Shown piece by piece: positions 28,600-38,470 of a stretch of 64,000 bases of DNA. The DNA comes from an uncultured Nitrospiraceae bacterium. GTDB lineage: Bacteria > Nitrospirota > Thermodesulfovibrionia > Thermodesulfovibrionales > Dissulfurispiraceae. Below the pieces are notes generated by a model that worked only from the letters and a program-made list of their open reading frames with translations, had not been told where the DNA came from and did not search any database. The translations under genes were made by a program, and so were the position numbers. The DNA lies in the NCBI GenBank assembly GCA_963705105.1, contig CAVPIW010000006.1, positions 512,001 to 576,000 on the forward strand, given 5' to 3'. Every line of letters starts with the position of its first letter. Within the stretch, counting starts at the first letter, position 1.

Positions 28600-29383
28600 C
28601 GTCCTGCTTCCGCGCAAAGAGGGGTGAAATCCATATCCCGACCTCGTACAGCAGGATGATGGGTCCCGCCATGAGGATCTGGTTGAATGCATCGGGTGTC
28701 GGCGTCAGGAAGGCCGCCAGGATGAATGCTATGAGGACCGCGTACTTCCTGTTCCTGGCAAGGGTCTTCGTCGTCACGATCCCCATTCTCGTCAGGAAGA
28801 CGATGACGATCGGCAGCTCGAAAACGGCGCCGAAGGCGAGGATGAACTTCAGGCAGAAATCGACGTACTGCCCGACGGAGAGCATGGGCATGAGGATGTC
28901 GCCCACCTTGTAGGTCAGGAGGAAACTCATGGCGAAGGGCAGGACGATGAGGAAACAGAAGGCCGATCCGACAAGAAAGAGGCCCGTGGCGGTGAAGATG
29001 AAGGGCAGCACGTACTTCCGCTCCTGGGGCAGGAGACCGGGTGTGATGAACTTCCAGAGTTGGTGGAAAATGACGGGCAGGGAAAGGATCAGACCGGCCA
29101 CCATGGAGACCTTCATATTCATCCAGAACGCCTCTGCAGGGGCGAGAAAGACGAGCTTGATGCCCTGCAGCTTGTCCTGGGGCACCAGCAGGAGATAGGG
29201 ATTACCGGTGGACAATTCGATGGAATATTTCAGGGGAAACATGAGGACCCTGAAGATGTCCTCGGAAAAAGTGAAGGCTATGATAAAGGTGATGAGAAAA
29301 GTGACAAGAGAGGTGATGATCCTCGTCCTGAGCTCTGTAAGATGGGATGTGAGGGGCATTTTTTCATCTTCCATCTCCCTCAC
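28580..29383 (-). CDS. tatC: Twin-arginine translocase subunit TatC
   Basis: MPLTSHLTELR, QLWKFITPGL, FELP, TPTPD. Confidence 0.96.
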   Translation of the reverse strand: MREMEDEKMPLTSHLTELRTRIITSLVTFLITFIIAFTFSEDIFRVLMFPLKYSIELSTGNPYLLLVPQDKLQGIKLVFLAPAEAFWMNMKVSMVAGLILSLPVIFHQLWKFITPGLLPQERKYVLPFIFTATGLFLVGSAFCFLIVLPFAMSFLLTYKVGDILMPMLSVGQYVDFCLKFILAFGAVFELPIVIVFLTRMGIVTTKTLARNRKYAVLIAFILAAFLTPTPDAFNQILMAGPIILLYEVGIWISPLFARKQDDGGTAE

Positions 29384-29434
29384 CTCATGAAAAACGGAAA
29401 TACGCTGTCCTGAAGACTGTCCGATTCAGGCAAA

Positions 29435-29646
29435 CCTTATTGTTGCATGCGCCCCACCGAAAGGCAGGGTGTATGCGCCGAAAACCTTGGTGCGGCGACA
29501 CCTTAATCGCCACAGAAGACAACATTTCAAGCCAATGGTCGATCACGCAAAGAATGGAATCCTGAAAAACGATGCTAACAATGCTCATCGTCGCCTTCAG
29601 CAGGGCGTTGAGGCGCTTCGCCCTGCCTTTTCACGCAACGACAAGG
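29435..29646 (+). repeat. MITE-like intergenic repeat, copy B
   Basis: CCTTATTGTTGCA...GAAAGGCAGGG...CCCTGCCTTTT-CACGCAACGACAAGG. Confidence 0.8.
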
Positions 29647-29656
29647 TAAATGTCTC

Positions 29657-29935
29657 TCAGGTGATCTTGGTCTTCTCATGGAGTTCCTTTTTCAATTCCT
29701 TCGCCTCCCTGTCGATTTCCTGCAGTCTCTTGTAGACTTCCGAATCCTGCTTGAGAGGCTCCTTGATCTCGTTCATTTCGGCATCCATCTGTTCCTTCAC
29801 GCCGTGGAGGGCCTTTCTCAGCTCGGCCATACCCTTGCCGAGGGTCCTTCCCAGCTCGGGGAGGCGCTTCGGCCCGAAGACAAGGAGGGCGACGATGAAA
29901 ATGACGATGAGCTCCTGGATGCCGAGATCGAACAT
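29657..29935 (-). CDS. tatB: Twin-arginine translocase TatB (TatA/B family)
   Basis: MFDLGIQEL...FGPKRLPELGRTLG; upstream of tatC. Confidence 0.75.
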   Translation of the reverse strand: MFDLGIQELIVIFIVALLVFGPKRLPELGRTLGKGMAELRKALHGVKEQMDAEMNEIKEPLKQDSEVYKRLQEIDREAKELKKELHEKTKIT

Positions 29936-29957
29936 AACTTTTAATTATACCAAAAAC

Positions 29958-30740
29958 CTATTCTTCGTAGATTGTCTTGACCTCTGTCTTTTTGAAGGGA
30001 AGGATGAGGCTGAGGGAAAAGAAGAAGCGGTAGTCCGGTGTCCTGTCCTTGATGTCGAAGCCTGCACCGAAGGTTGTGAAGATGTTTTCCGTCGTCGCTA
30101 TCCTGTAGCCTATTCTCCATTCGAGCAGGTTGAGCTTGTTTTCGGTGTAATCTTTTCTGCCGATGAGCTCGGCGAGTATTTTCGATTTGTTTGAAACGGC
30201 CAGCTCGGCGCCGATATTGAGGGAGTAGAAATCGTTCAGGTCCGTTTTGTCGGGTTTCGAATAGAGGGCGTTGATGTGGCCCTTGAAGGGCCCGATTTTC
30301 TTCGTCAGGAGGAGCCCGCCGCCCACATTGCCGTCCGTCGAAAACTCGTCTTCTCCCGTCGGGGCCGAGACGGTGAGGATATAGGCGACGGCCGGGCTGT
30401 AGGTCCCCTCGTCAAGGATGCGGTGCTTGAAGCCGAAGGCGAGGTCCTCGAAACCGTCCACACGGTTTTCCCATTCACTGACATAGGGGGCCGTCAGCAT
30501 GAGCTCCACACGGTCGTGCAGCGCGTAGTCAAACTGCAGGAGAAACCGCCAGAAACCGGGATCATAGGACTTTTCAACGCCGAGGCCGAAACCGACGGTG
30601 TTCCGGGCCGGCGATTCAGCGCTGAATGTCGAAAAGACGCCGTAGGGAGGAAGGGGCTGCAGTCCGATGACATCGAAGGCGTGCAGGCTTCCGGCGGGCA
30701 GGAGCACGAGGACAATGATCAGAGCGGACCATCTTCGCAT
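29958..30740 (-). CDS. Secreted or outer-membrane beta-barrel-like protein
   Basis: Signal peptide; alternating aromatic beta-strand pattern; GFEDLAFGFKH. Confidence 0.6.
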   Translation of the reverse strand: MRRWSALIIVLVLLPAGSLHAFDVIGLQPLPPYGVFSTFSAESPARNTVGFGLGVEKSYDPGFWRFLLQFDYALHDRVELMLTAPYVSEWENRVDGFEDLAFGFKHRILDEGTYSPAVAYILTVSAPTGEDEFSTDGNVGGGLLLTKKIGPFKGHINALYSKPDKTDLNDFYSLNIGAELAVSNKSKILAELIGRKDYTENKLNLLEWRIGYRIATTENIFTTFGAGFDIKDRTPDYRFFFSLSLILPFKKTEVKTIYEE

Positions 30741-30822
30741 TCTTTCTGAGAATAGCAGAATTGCGGCGGCCTGTCAAACGGAAAGCCCGTCCTGCGAGAC
30801 TCCGGAGGCATGGCGAGCGCGG

Positions 30823-33501
30823 CTACAGTTGGAGCACCACCCTCACCATGTCTTCATCATCATAGGCCTGCCTGAATCCGTATTTCGACCCGAGCTTGAG
30901 CATCCTCCTGTTCGACTTGAGGATCTCCATCCAGACCGTCTTGAGCCCGATCTCACGCGAAACGTTGATCATGTACTCCATCAGTATCTTCCCGACCCCC
31001 CTCCCCTGCCAGTCGTCGGAGATGAGGATCGAGACCTCGGCGTTTTCAAGGTCAGGAAGCTTGATCATGCGCACGACGCCGATGATCTCTTCCCTGTTTT
31101 CTCCATCCCTTACGGCGGCGACGAAGGCCATTTCCCGGTCGTAGTCGATCTGGCAGAACCGGACCAGGCGCTCGTGGGAGAACTCGGTGATCTTCTGGCA
31201 GAAGCGGTTCATGATCGTCTCTTCGGACAGGGATTTAAAGAGCCGGTCGATGAGCGGCTCATCCTCGCCCCGTATGGGACGTATCATTGCATCCGTGCCG
31301 TCACCGAGGCTCATCTCCCGGACGTATTTGTACGGGTACGGGCAGATGGACAGGTGAGGGGGACAGAAATCTCCCTGGAATACGCGGTAATCCTTCGGCA
31401 TCGCTTCGTCGATGAGGGCACGGCAATAGAGCGCCCTGCAGTCATCCTCGGAAATGATGACGGGGTTGATCTCCATTTCCTTGATTTGCGGGAAATCGAT
31501 GACGAGCTGAGAGAACCGCACGATGATCTCCTCGAGCTGCTTCAGCACGTCCTCATATGCGGGGAGGTGCTGCAGGTGGCGGTAGATCCTCGTCTCCTCC
31601 ATCATGCGCCGGGCCAGTGTCTGATTGAGGGGGGGCAGGCCGATGGCATAGTCACTCATCGCTTCGAGGAATCCCCCTCCCGTTCCGAAGATGATGACGG
31701 AGCCGAAGCCCGGATCCCTCCGGGCCTCTATGGTCAGCTCGAAGGTATGTCTCTGTTCCTTGCGCTGGACGATGACCGTCCCGTCGGGACATCCCGAAGC
31801 GGCAGCGGCATCCCGGAGTCTCCGGTAGGCTGTTCTCACCGAGGGCTCGCTGAGGACTTCGGGGAAGACGTGTTCCTTGCCAGAGGCATTCCCGCACTCG
31901 ACTCTCATGACAACGGGATACCCGATCGCCGAGGCGATCCTGGCCGCCTCCTCTTCATCCGCTGCACTGTGCGTCTCGATCATCGGTATTCCGTAGACGC
32001 CGATGATCTCTCTCACCTCTTCGAGATGGAGCCTCGGGTCATTCCGCTCAGCAGACCGTTCAATGACGCGTCTGACCTTCTCGACGTCAGGGGTAAAATC
32101 GACGAGGATCGCTTCGGGAGTCTCGCGGAGCAGCTTGAGATTGTAGTCGTATTGATACATATAGAGAAAACAACGTATTGCCTGCTCAGGGGCGACGAAG
32201 GTCGGTATGCCATGGCTGGTGAGAAACTCCCTGGACAAATCGATCTGTTCCGCCCCGAGGAGAACGGAGAGGATGGGGAGGTCGGGTCGTGCCTTCGACG
32301 CAGACGCAATGGACGAGGCGATCTCCCGGGGATTGACGCCCGGATAGGGGAGATAGAGCGCCAGAACGCCGTCCACATCAGGGTCCTTCATGCAGCTCGT
32401 CAGGGCATTCTCATATGCTGCAGGCGTAACCTCGGAAAGGAGATGGACGGGATTCTCCGCCCCGGAACCGACGGGAAGACCCGTTCGGATGCCCTCCGTC
32501 GTCTCGCGTCCGAGCGTTGCGAGTTCACCTCCCTGGCGCAGGAGGCAGTCGACGACGATGGAAAGGGAACTTCTCGAATTGGTGACGACGGCGAGCCGTT
32601 TTCCTCTCGGACGTTTCTGCTTGGCCAAAGCCTCCGTCATATAGTAGAGATCGAGCATTTCATCGATTCTCACGGCGCCGCCCCTCTTCAGGACGGCTTC
32701 ATACACCCCGTCTTCAATCTCAGCGGGACCGTGAACACCCGCACCCGTGCCGGCGTGACCGCCATAGGTCCCGGACCTGACGACGATGATCGGTTTCATG
32801 TTGGCGAAGCTCCGCAAGGCCGCCAGGAACTTGCGCCCCCTTGTGACGTGCTGCATGAAGAGGATGATCGCCCTCGTCTCCATGTCGAACCCGAGGAAGT
32901 CGATGAGATCGGAAAAATCGATGTCCAGTTTATACCCGAGGGAGATGAAATAGCTGAACCCCACGCTCCTGCTGACGGCCCGTTCAAGGAAGGCCGAAGA
33001 AAAGGTGCCGGCCTGGGAAATGAAAGCGATGTTCCCCCTTTGCGGGAGGAGGGGATAGAGGCTGGCGTTGAGATGTTTTGAGGGCCGCAGGAAACCGAGT
33101 GAGTTCGGCCCGAGCATCCTGAACCCGTAGATGGACGACAACTCGGTGATACGGGACTTCAGTGCATCGGGGTCCGCCACGCGGTAATCGAAGTCCGGAG
33201 CAAGAAGCACGACACCCTTCACATCCTTCTGTCCGCACTCGTCGAGGATCTCCGGGAATTCCGAGGGGTCGTTCGCCACAATCGCAAGATCGACGGGATG
33301 CGGGACTGCATTGATATTCCTATGGGCCTCAACACCCTGGATACCGTCAGCGGCGGGATGGATCGGAAAGACGACTCCCCTGAAGCCTTTTCCGACGAGG
33401 TTGCGGAAGACATGGTATCCGAGACGCTTCGGGTCTTCGCTCGCGCCGATGACGGCTATTTTCTTCGGGTTGAAGAAGACATCGAGATGCTTGATCGACA
33501 T
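30823..33501 (-). CDS. Acyl-CoA synthetase (NDP-forming)-GNAT fusion, Pat/YfiQ-type protein lysine acetyltransferase
   Basis: AVIGAS, GPNSLG, SQAG; C-terminal GNAT IRPIRGED...QIDYDREMAF...WQGRGVG. Confidence 0.9.
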   Translation of the reverse strand: MSIKHLDVFFNPKKIAVIGASEDPKRLGYHVFRNLVGKGFRGVVFPIHPAADGIQGVEAHRNINAVPHPVDLAIVANDPSEFPEILDECGQKDVKGVVLLAPDFDYRVADPDALKSRITELSSIYGFRMLGPNSLGFLRPSKHLNASLYPLLPQRGNIAFISQAGTFSSAFLERAVSRSVGFSYFISLGYKLDIDFSDLIDFLGFDMETRAIILFMQHVTRGRKFLAALRSFANMKPIIVVRSGTYGGHAGTGAGVHGPAEIEDGVYEAVLKRGGAVRIDEMLDLYYMTEALAKQKRPRGKRLAVVTNSRSSLSIVVDCLLRQGGELATLGRETTEGIRTGLPVGSGAENPVHLLSEVTPAAYENALTSCMKDPDVDGVLALYLPYPGVNPREIASSIASASKARPDLPILSVLLGAEQIDLSREFLTSHGIPTFVAPEQAIRCFLYMYQYDYNLKLLRETPEAILVDFTPDVEKVRRVIERSAERNDPRLHLEEVREIIGVYGIPMIETHSAADEEEAARIASAIGYPVVMRVECGNASGKEHVFPEVLSEPSVRTAYRRLRDAAAASGCPDGTVIVQRKEQRHTFELTIEARRDPGFGSVIIFGTGGGFLEAMSDYAIGLPPLNQTLARRMMEETRIYRHLQHLPAYEDVLKQLEEIIVRFSQLVIDFPQIKEMEINPVIISEDDCRALYCRALIDEAMPKDYRVFQGDFCPPHLSICPYPYKYVREMSLGDGTDAMIRPIRGEDEPLIDRLFKSLSEETIMNRFCQKITEFSHERLVRFCQIDYDREMAFVAAVRDGENREEIIGVVRMIKLPDLENAEVSILISDDWQGRGVGKILMEYMINVSREIGLKTVWMEILKSNRRMLKLGSKYGFRQAYDDEDMVRVVLQL

Positions 33502-33596
33502 TGACCCGTCCTTTCTGTCGCTACACTTTCAATATAAACGGCTCAGTCTGTCATACGCAAAGCCGCAAAGAACGCAAAGAAAGAAAACAGCATCTA

Positions 33597-33790
33597 CCTT
33601 ATCATTGCATACGCCCGACCGGAAAGACGGGGCGAATGCGCCGAAAAGCATCGGTGCTGCGAAACCTTTGCCTTCCCATGAGGATCAATTCAGGCCAACG
33701 GCTGAAAAAAGTGAACCTTTTACTGACACTCACACTGTCACTGACACTGTTTTGGAGCACTTTGTCCCGCCTTTTCATCCAACTGGAAGG
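33597..33790 (+). repeat. MITE-like intergenic repeat, copy C (TA-flanked at both ends)
   Basis: ta|CCTTATCATTGCA ... TCCAACTGGAAGG|ta. Confidence 0.88.
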
Positions 33791-33803
33791 TATAGTTAGC
33801 GCT

Positions 33804-35090
33804 TTATTTTTCCTTGTTCAGAGCCCTTTCGACGGTCTTGATCGCGCAAAATTCGCCGCACATGCTGCAGACCTCCGCAACCGCCGGCGGCGCTTCGCCG
33901 CGCCATGCCCGGACCCGGTCGGGATCGAAGCTGAGCGCCATCTGCCCCTCCCAGTCGAGGTTTTTCCTGCACCGCGCCATCCTGAGGTCCTTCTCGATCG
34001 CCCCGGGCACTCCCTTCGCGATGTCGGCGGCGTGGGCAGCTATCTTCGACGCGATGACACCTTCGCGGACGTCGTCGACGCCGGGCAGGCGGATGTGCTC
34101 CGACGGCGTCACATAGCAGAGGAAGTCGGCGCCGGCGGCGCCGGCGATCGCTCCCCCGATGGCCGCAGCGATGTGATCGTACCCCATCGCGATGTCGGTG
34201 ACAAGGGGGCCGAGGACATAAAAGGGTGCGCCCTTGCAGATCTCTTTCTGGATCTTGATGTTCAGCTCGACCTGGTTGAGCGGCACATGGCCGGGTCCCT
34301 CGATGATCACCTGCACGCCCGCGTCGACGGCCCTGTCTCGCAGCTCGCCAAGGGTGATCAGTTCGTCGAGCTGGGCCCTGTCCGTGGCGTCGGCAAGGCA
34401 GCCCGGCCTCAATCCGTCGCCGAGGCTGAGAGTCATGTCATAACGCCGCGCAATGTCGAGGAGGCGGTCATACTGCTCATAGAGCGGGTTCTCTCTGCCG
34501 TTGTAAATCATCCACTCCAGGAGGAACGCCCCGCCACGGCTGACCACATCGAGCACCCTCCTGTCTTCCCTGAGGCGTTCGATCGCCCGGAGGGTGACCC
34601 CGCAATGGACCGTCACGAAATCGACGCCGTCCTCTCCGTGTCCTTCGATGACGGAAAACAGGTCGTCGGCGGTCATCTTCGCTATCTGGCCGTGATTTTC
34701 GACAGCCCTGACGACGGACTCATAGATCGGCACCGTCCCGACGGCTATGGGCGATCTGGCGATGAGGTCCCTGCGCATCTCCCTGATCGCGCCGCCTGTG
34801 GAAAGGTCCATCACCGCGTCGGCGCCGTACTTCACGAGGGTATCGAGCTTCAGGATTTCGTCGTCAAAGTTCATCCTGTCTTTCGAGGTGCCGATGTTCG
34901 CGTTGATCTTCGTCCTGAGACGCCTGCCCACACCGAGCGGCGTAATGGGACGAAGCGTGTTCCGCGTGATGACGGTGAATCCCCGGGCGATGTCCGAGGC
35001 AAGCTGTTCCGGTTCAATATGCTCCGCCGTCGCGACGGCCTTCATCTCCTCCGTCACGCCACCCTTTTTTGCATGTTCGATCCGTGTCAT
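33804..35090 (-). CDS. thiC: Phosphomethylpyrimidine synthase
   Basis: KINANIG, MDLSTGG, SLGDGLRPG, CSMCGEFC. Confidence 0.97.
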   Translation of the reverse strand: MTRIEHAKKGGVTEEMKAVATAEHIEPEQLASDIARGFTVITRNTLRPITPLGVGRRLRTKINANIGTSKDRMNFDDEILKLDTLVKYGADAVMDLSTGGAIREMRRDLIARSPIAVGTVPIYESVVRAVENHGQIAKMTADDLFSVIEGHGEDGVDFVTVHCGVTLRAIERLREDRRVLDVVSRGGAFLLEWMIYNGRENPLYEQYDRLLDIARRYDMTLSLGDGLRPGCLADATDRAQLDELITLGELRDRAVDAGVQVIIEGPGHVPLNQVELNIKIQKEICKGAPFYVLGPLVTDIAMGYDHIAAAIGGAIAGAAGADFLCYVTPSEHIRLPGVDDVREGVIASKIAAHAADIAKGVPGAIEKDLRMARCRKNLDWEGQMALSFDPDRVRAWRGEAPPAVAEVCSMCGEFCAIKTVERALNKEK

Positions 35091-35728
35091 TCCTCACTCC
35101 CCCACAGACTGTTAAAACTCTCCGCAGCATGCCTGCGATCCGGCGCCGAAAGGATGCCGCTGATGAGAGCTATGCCGTTTACGCCTGTCTCCATGACTTC
35201 CCTCACGTTGTCCGATTTTATCCCGCCTATGCCGAACATCGGCACCGATACACGTTCCCTTACCGCCCTCACGGTCTCAAGTCCGATGGGCGCTCCGTAC
35301 CTGAGCTTCGACGGAGTCGGGAACACAGGCCCGATCGTTATGAAATCCGCCTTCTCCTCCTCCGCCTGCAGGGCCTCTTCGACGGAGTGCGTCGAAACCC
35401 CGATGAGCATGTCATCAGGCAGGACCTTTCTGACGGCGCGGACAGGCATGCCTGCCTGCCCGAGATGGACCCCCTCCGCCCCGACAGCCAGGGCGATGTC
35501 GGCACGGTCGTTGATGAAGAGCGAAGCGCCGTATCGACCCGTCACATCGCGCATACGATAGGACAGGCTGAGCAGCTCTCTTGTCGGCAGGTCTTTTTCC
35601 CGGACCTGAACAGCCCTGACTCCGCCTTTCAATGCCTCCTCAACCCCTTCCAGGAGTCCGTCGATGCCGCTGAAAAGGCGCCTGTCCGTGATGAGATAGA
35701 CCCTGAAGCCGATGTCCCGGGGCATCAC
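35087..35728 (-). CDS. thiE: Thiamine-phosphate synthase
   Basis: VQVREK, INDRADIA, GVHLGQ, GPVFPTPSK. Confidence 0.95.
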   Translation of the reverse strand: MMPRDIGFRVYLITDRRLFSGIDGLLEGVEEALKGGVRAVQVREKDLPTRELLSLSYRMRDVTGRYGASLFINDRADIALAVGAEGVHLGQAGMPVRAVRKVLPDDMLIGVSTHSVEEALQAEEEKADFITIGPVFPTPSKLRYGAPIGLETVRAVRERVSVPMFGIGGIKSDNVREVMETGVNGIALISGILSAPDRRHAAESFNSLWGSEE

Positions 35729-35792
35729 CGGCGTCCGAAATAACCTTGTCGCAGCACTCGTCCCGCCTTTCCGTCAATGGCGCCATTGTGTC

Positions 35793-36764
35793 TCAGAGCA
35801 TGCCCTCAATGGGACTGCTCGCCGTTGCGTAGAGCTTTTTCGGTATCCGCCCGGCCCTGAATGCCAGTCTGCCGGCAATGACGGCATGTTTCATCGCATC
35901 GGCCATGGCGATGGGGTCACGAGCGCTTGCAATGGCTGTGTTGATGAGCACGGCGTCACAGCCCAGCTCCATGGCGATCGTCGCATCCGAAGCGGTACCC
36001 ACGCCGGCGTCGACAATGATCGGCACTTTCGCGGCTTCGAGAATGATTTTGATCGTGTAAGGGTTCCTGATGCCAAGCCCTGATCCTATCGGCGCCCCGA
36101 GGGGCATGACGGCGATGGCCCCTGCATCTTCGAGTCTCTTCGCCATGACCGGGTCGTCGTTCGTATAGGGAAAAACGAGAAAGCCCTCTTTCGCAAGGAT
36201 TTCCGTCGCCATCAGGAGGCCGATCGTGTCGGGGAACAGGGTCTTTTCGTCACCGATCACCTCGAGCTTGATCATGTCGGACACACCGGCCTCACGGGCG
36301 AGCCGGGAATACCGCAGGGCATCGTCGACGTTGTAACAGCCCGCCGTGTTCGGCAGAATCTTGTAGACTTTCGGGTCTATATAATCGAGCAGGTTCGGCT
36401 GTTTGCGGTCCGTGATATTGACCCTCCGGACGGCAACGGTCACGACGTCGGCGCCCGACGCCTCGATAGCCCGCGCCGTTTCGTCGAAATCCCTGTATTT
36501 TCCCGTGCCCACCCAGAGCCGGGAGCGAAATTCGATATTCCCTATCACAAGTCTGTCTTCCATGGAACCTCCTCCGCCGACAAAATTGACGACCTCAACG
36601 GCATCTCCGTCGCTGAGCGGCGTCGTGTCAATATCAGCCTTCCTGATCACCTGCATGTTCACCTCAACGGCGACGCGTCCCGGCGTGATCCCGAGGCGAT
36701 TCAGCAGTTCGCCCACAGTCCTGCATTCCGTCTCGTACGACTCGCCGTTGAGCCTCAGTTTCAC
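35793..36764 (-). CDS. thiG: In-frame ThiS-ThiG fusion (sulfur carrier + thiazole synthase)
   Basis: ThiS from GTG 36764 (LNGE...VAVEVN...EVVNFVGGG) runs without a stop into ThiG (ATG 36563; [27 protein letters not shown]). Confidence 0.9.
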   Translation of the reverse strand: MKLRLNGESYETECRTVGELLNRLGITPGRVAVEVNMQVIRKADIDTTPLSDGDAVEVVNFVGGGGSMEDRLVIGNIEFRSRLWVGTGKYRDFDETARAIEASGADVVTVAVRRVNITDRKQPNLLDYIDPKVYKILPNTAGCYNVDDALRYSRLAREAGVSDMIKLEVIGDEKTLFPDTIGLLMATEILAKEGFLVFPYTNDDPVMAKRLEDAGAIAVMPLGAPIGSGLGIRNPYTIKIILEAAKVPIIVDAGVGTASDATIAMELGCDAVLINTAIASARDPIAMADAMKHAVIAGRLAFRAGRIPKKLYATASSPIEGML

Positions 36765-36779
36765 TTTTCCGTCCTCAAC

Positions 36780-36811
36780 AAAAAACCCCTTTCCGGGATG
36801 GGAAGGGGCAT
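36780..36811 (-). terminator. Intrinsic terminator (riboswitch expression platform)
   Basis: GCCCCTTCCC-ATCC-CGGAAAGGGG followed by a T run on the minus strand, between the aptamer and thiS. Confidence 0.75.
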
Positions 36812-36825
36812 CTGTGCGTCTATGC

Positions 36826-36918
36826 ATCCCGTTCCCTCCGCCGGTATGATCCGGATCAGGTTCGAGGGGTCTTTCCCGCAGAGCGGGAAACTCTCAGGCC
36901 CGCAGCCTCCCCCAGGGT
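36826..36918 (-). ncRNA. TPP riboswitch
   Basis: GGGG...GCCTGAGA...ACCCCTCGAACCTGATCCGGATCATACCGGCGGAGGGAA upstream of the thi operon. Confidence 0.95.
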
Positions 36919-37006
36919 TTTTATTATTATACAATGTTTCCCCTGCTGGTGCATAATAAAGCTGAATGTTGTTTCCGAAGCTTGGTTGCAGGAGGTTTGG
37001 ATCACA

Positions 37007-37462
37007 ATGATCAGCAGGAGAATCATCATGGCAGTCTTGATGTGTATCGCCACATTCGGCGTGGCCGACGCGTTTTCAGAGATCCGCTGGATTACGCTCA
37101 AAGAGGGCATGGAGAAAGCCCGGGTGGAGCGGAAGCCCGTCATCGTCGATTTCTTTTACGGGAAAGGCTGCCGCCGCTGCGAAGTGCTGGAAAAAACGGT
37201 GTACGGCAACGCCGCCATTATACAAAAGGTGGGGGATCACTTTGTCGCCGTCAGGATCGATCTCACGAAAAAGCTGTCCGCCGAAGAGGAAGAACTCGGG
37301 AAAACCTATGATTTCAGGGACGATTGTCTCCTTCTCTTCCTCGACCATACCGGCGAGGTCATGAAAGACGTGAGCGGCAAGAGACTCTGCTTCATCGATG
37401 CCGTTGACCCGGAATGGTTTGACCGGTACCTGGACATGGTGCGTGAGCGTTACAGGCGGTGA
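37007..37462 (+). CDS. Exported thioredoxin-fold protein
   Basis: Signal peptide; KPVIVDFFYGKGCRRC (CxxC). Confidence 0.82.
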   Translation: MISRRIIMAVLMCIATFGVADAFSEIRWITLKEGMEKARVERKPVIVDFFYGKGCRRCEVLEKTVYGNAAIIQKVGDHFVAVRIDLTKKLSAEEEELGKTYDFRDDCLLLFLDHTGEVMKDVSGKRLCFIDAVDPEWFDRYLDMVRERYRR

Positions 37463-37591
37463 ACGTTCCGCCGCATCAGCCCTTGTTATTCGTTGACAAA
37501 GGGTGTATATTTCATATAACATTTGTATCCACATGCGGTCCCAGCGCGGAACACGACACCCGATGGAGACTTGCTGCCGTGTTTAATCCCA

Positions 37592-38470
<879 letters not shown>

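Noticed and set aside
30667..33081. 804-aa plus-strand ORF
   Set aside because: Antisense shadow of the Pat-type acetyltransferase, caused by GC-rich codon bias; no recognisable motifs
33501..35561. 686-aa plus-strand ORF
   Set aside because: Starts in repeat sequence and then shadows thiC/thiE antisense
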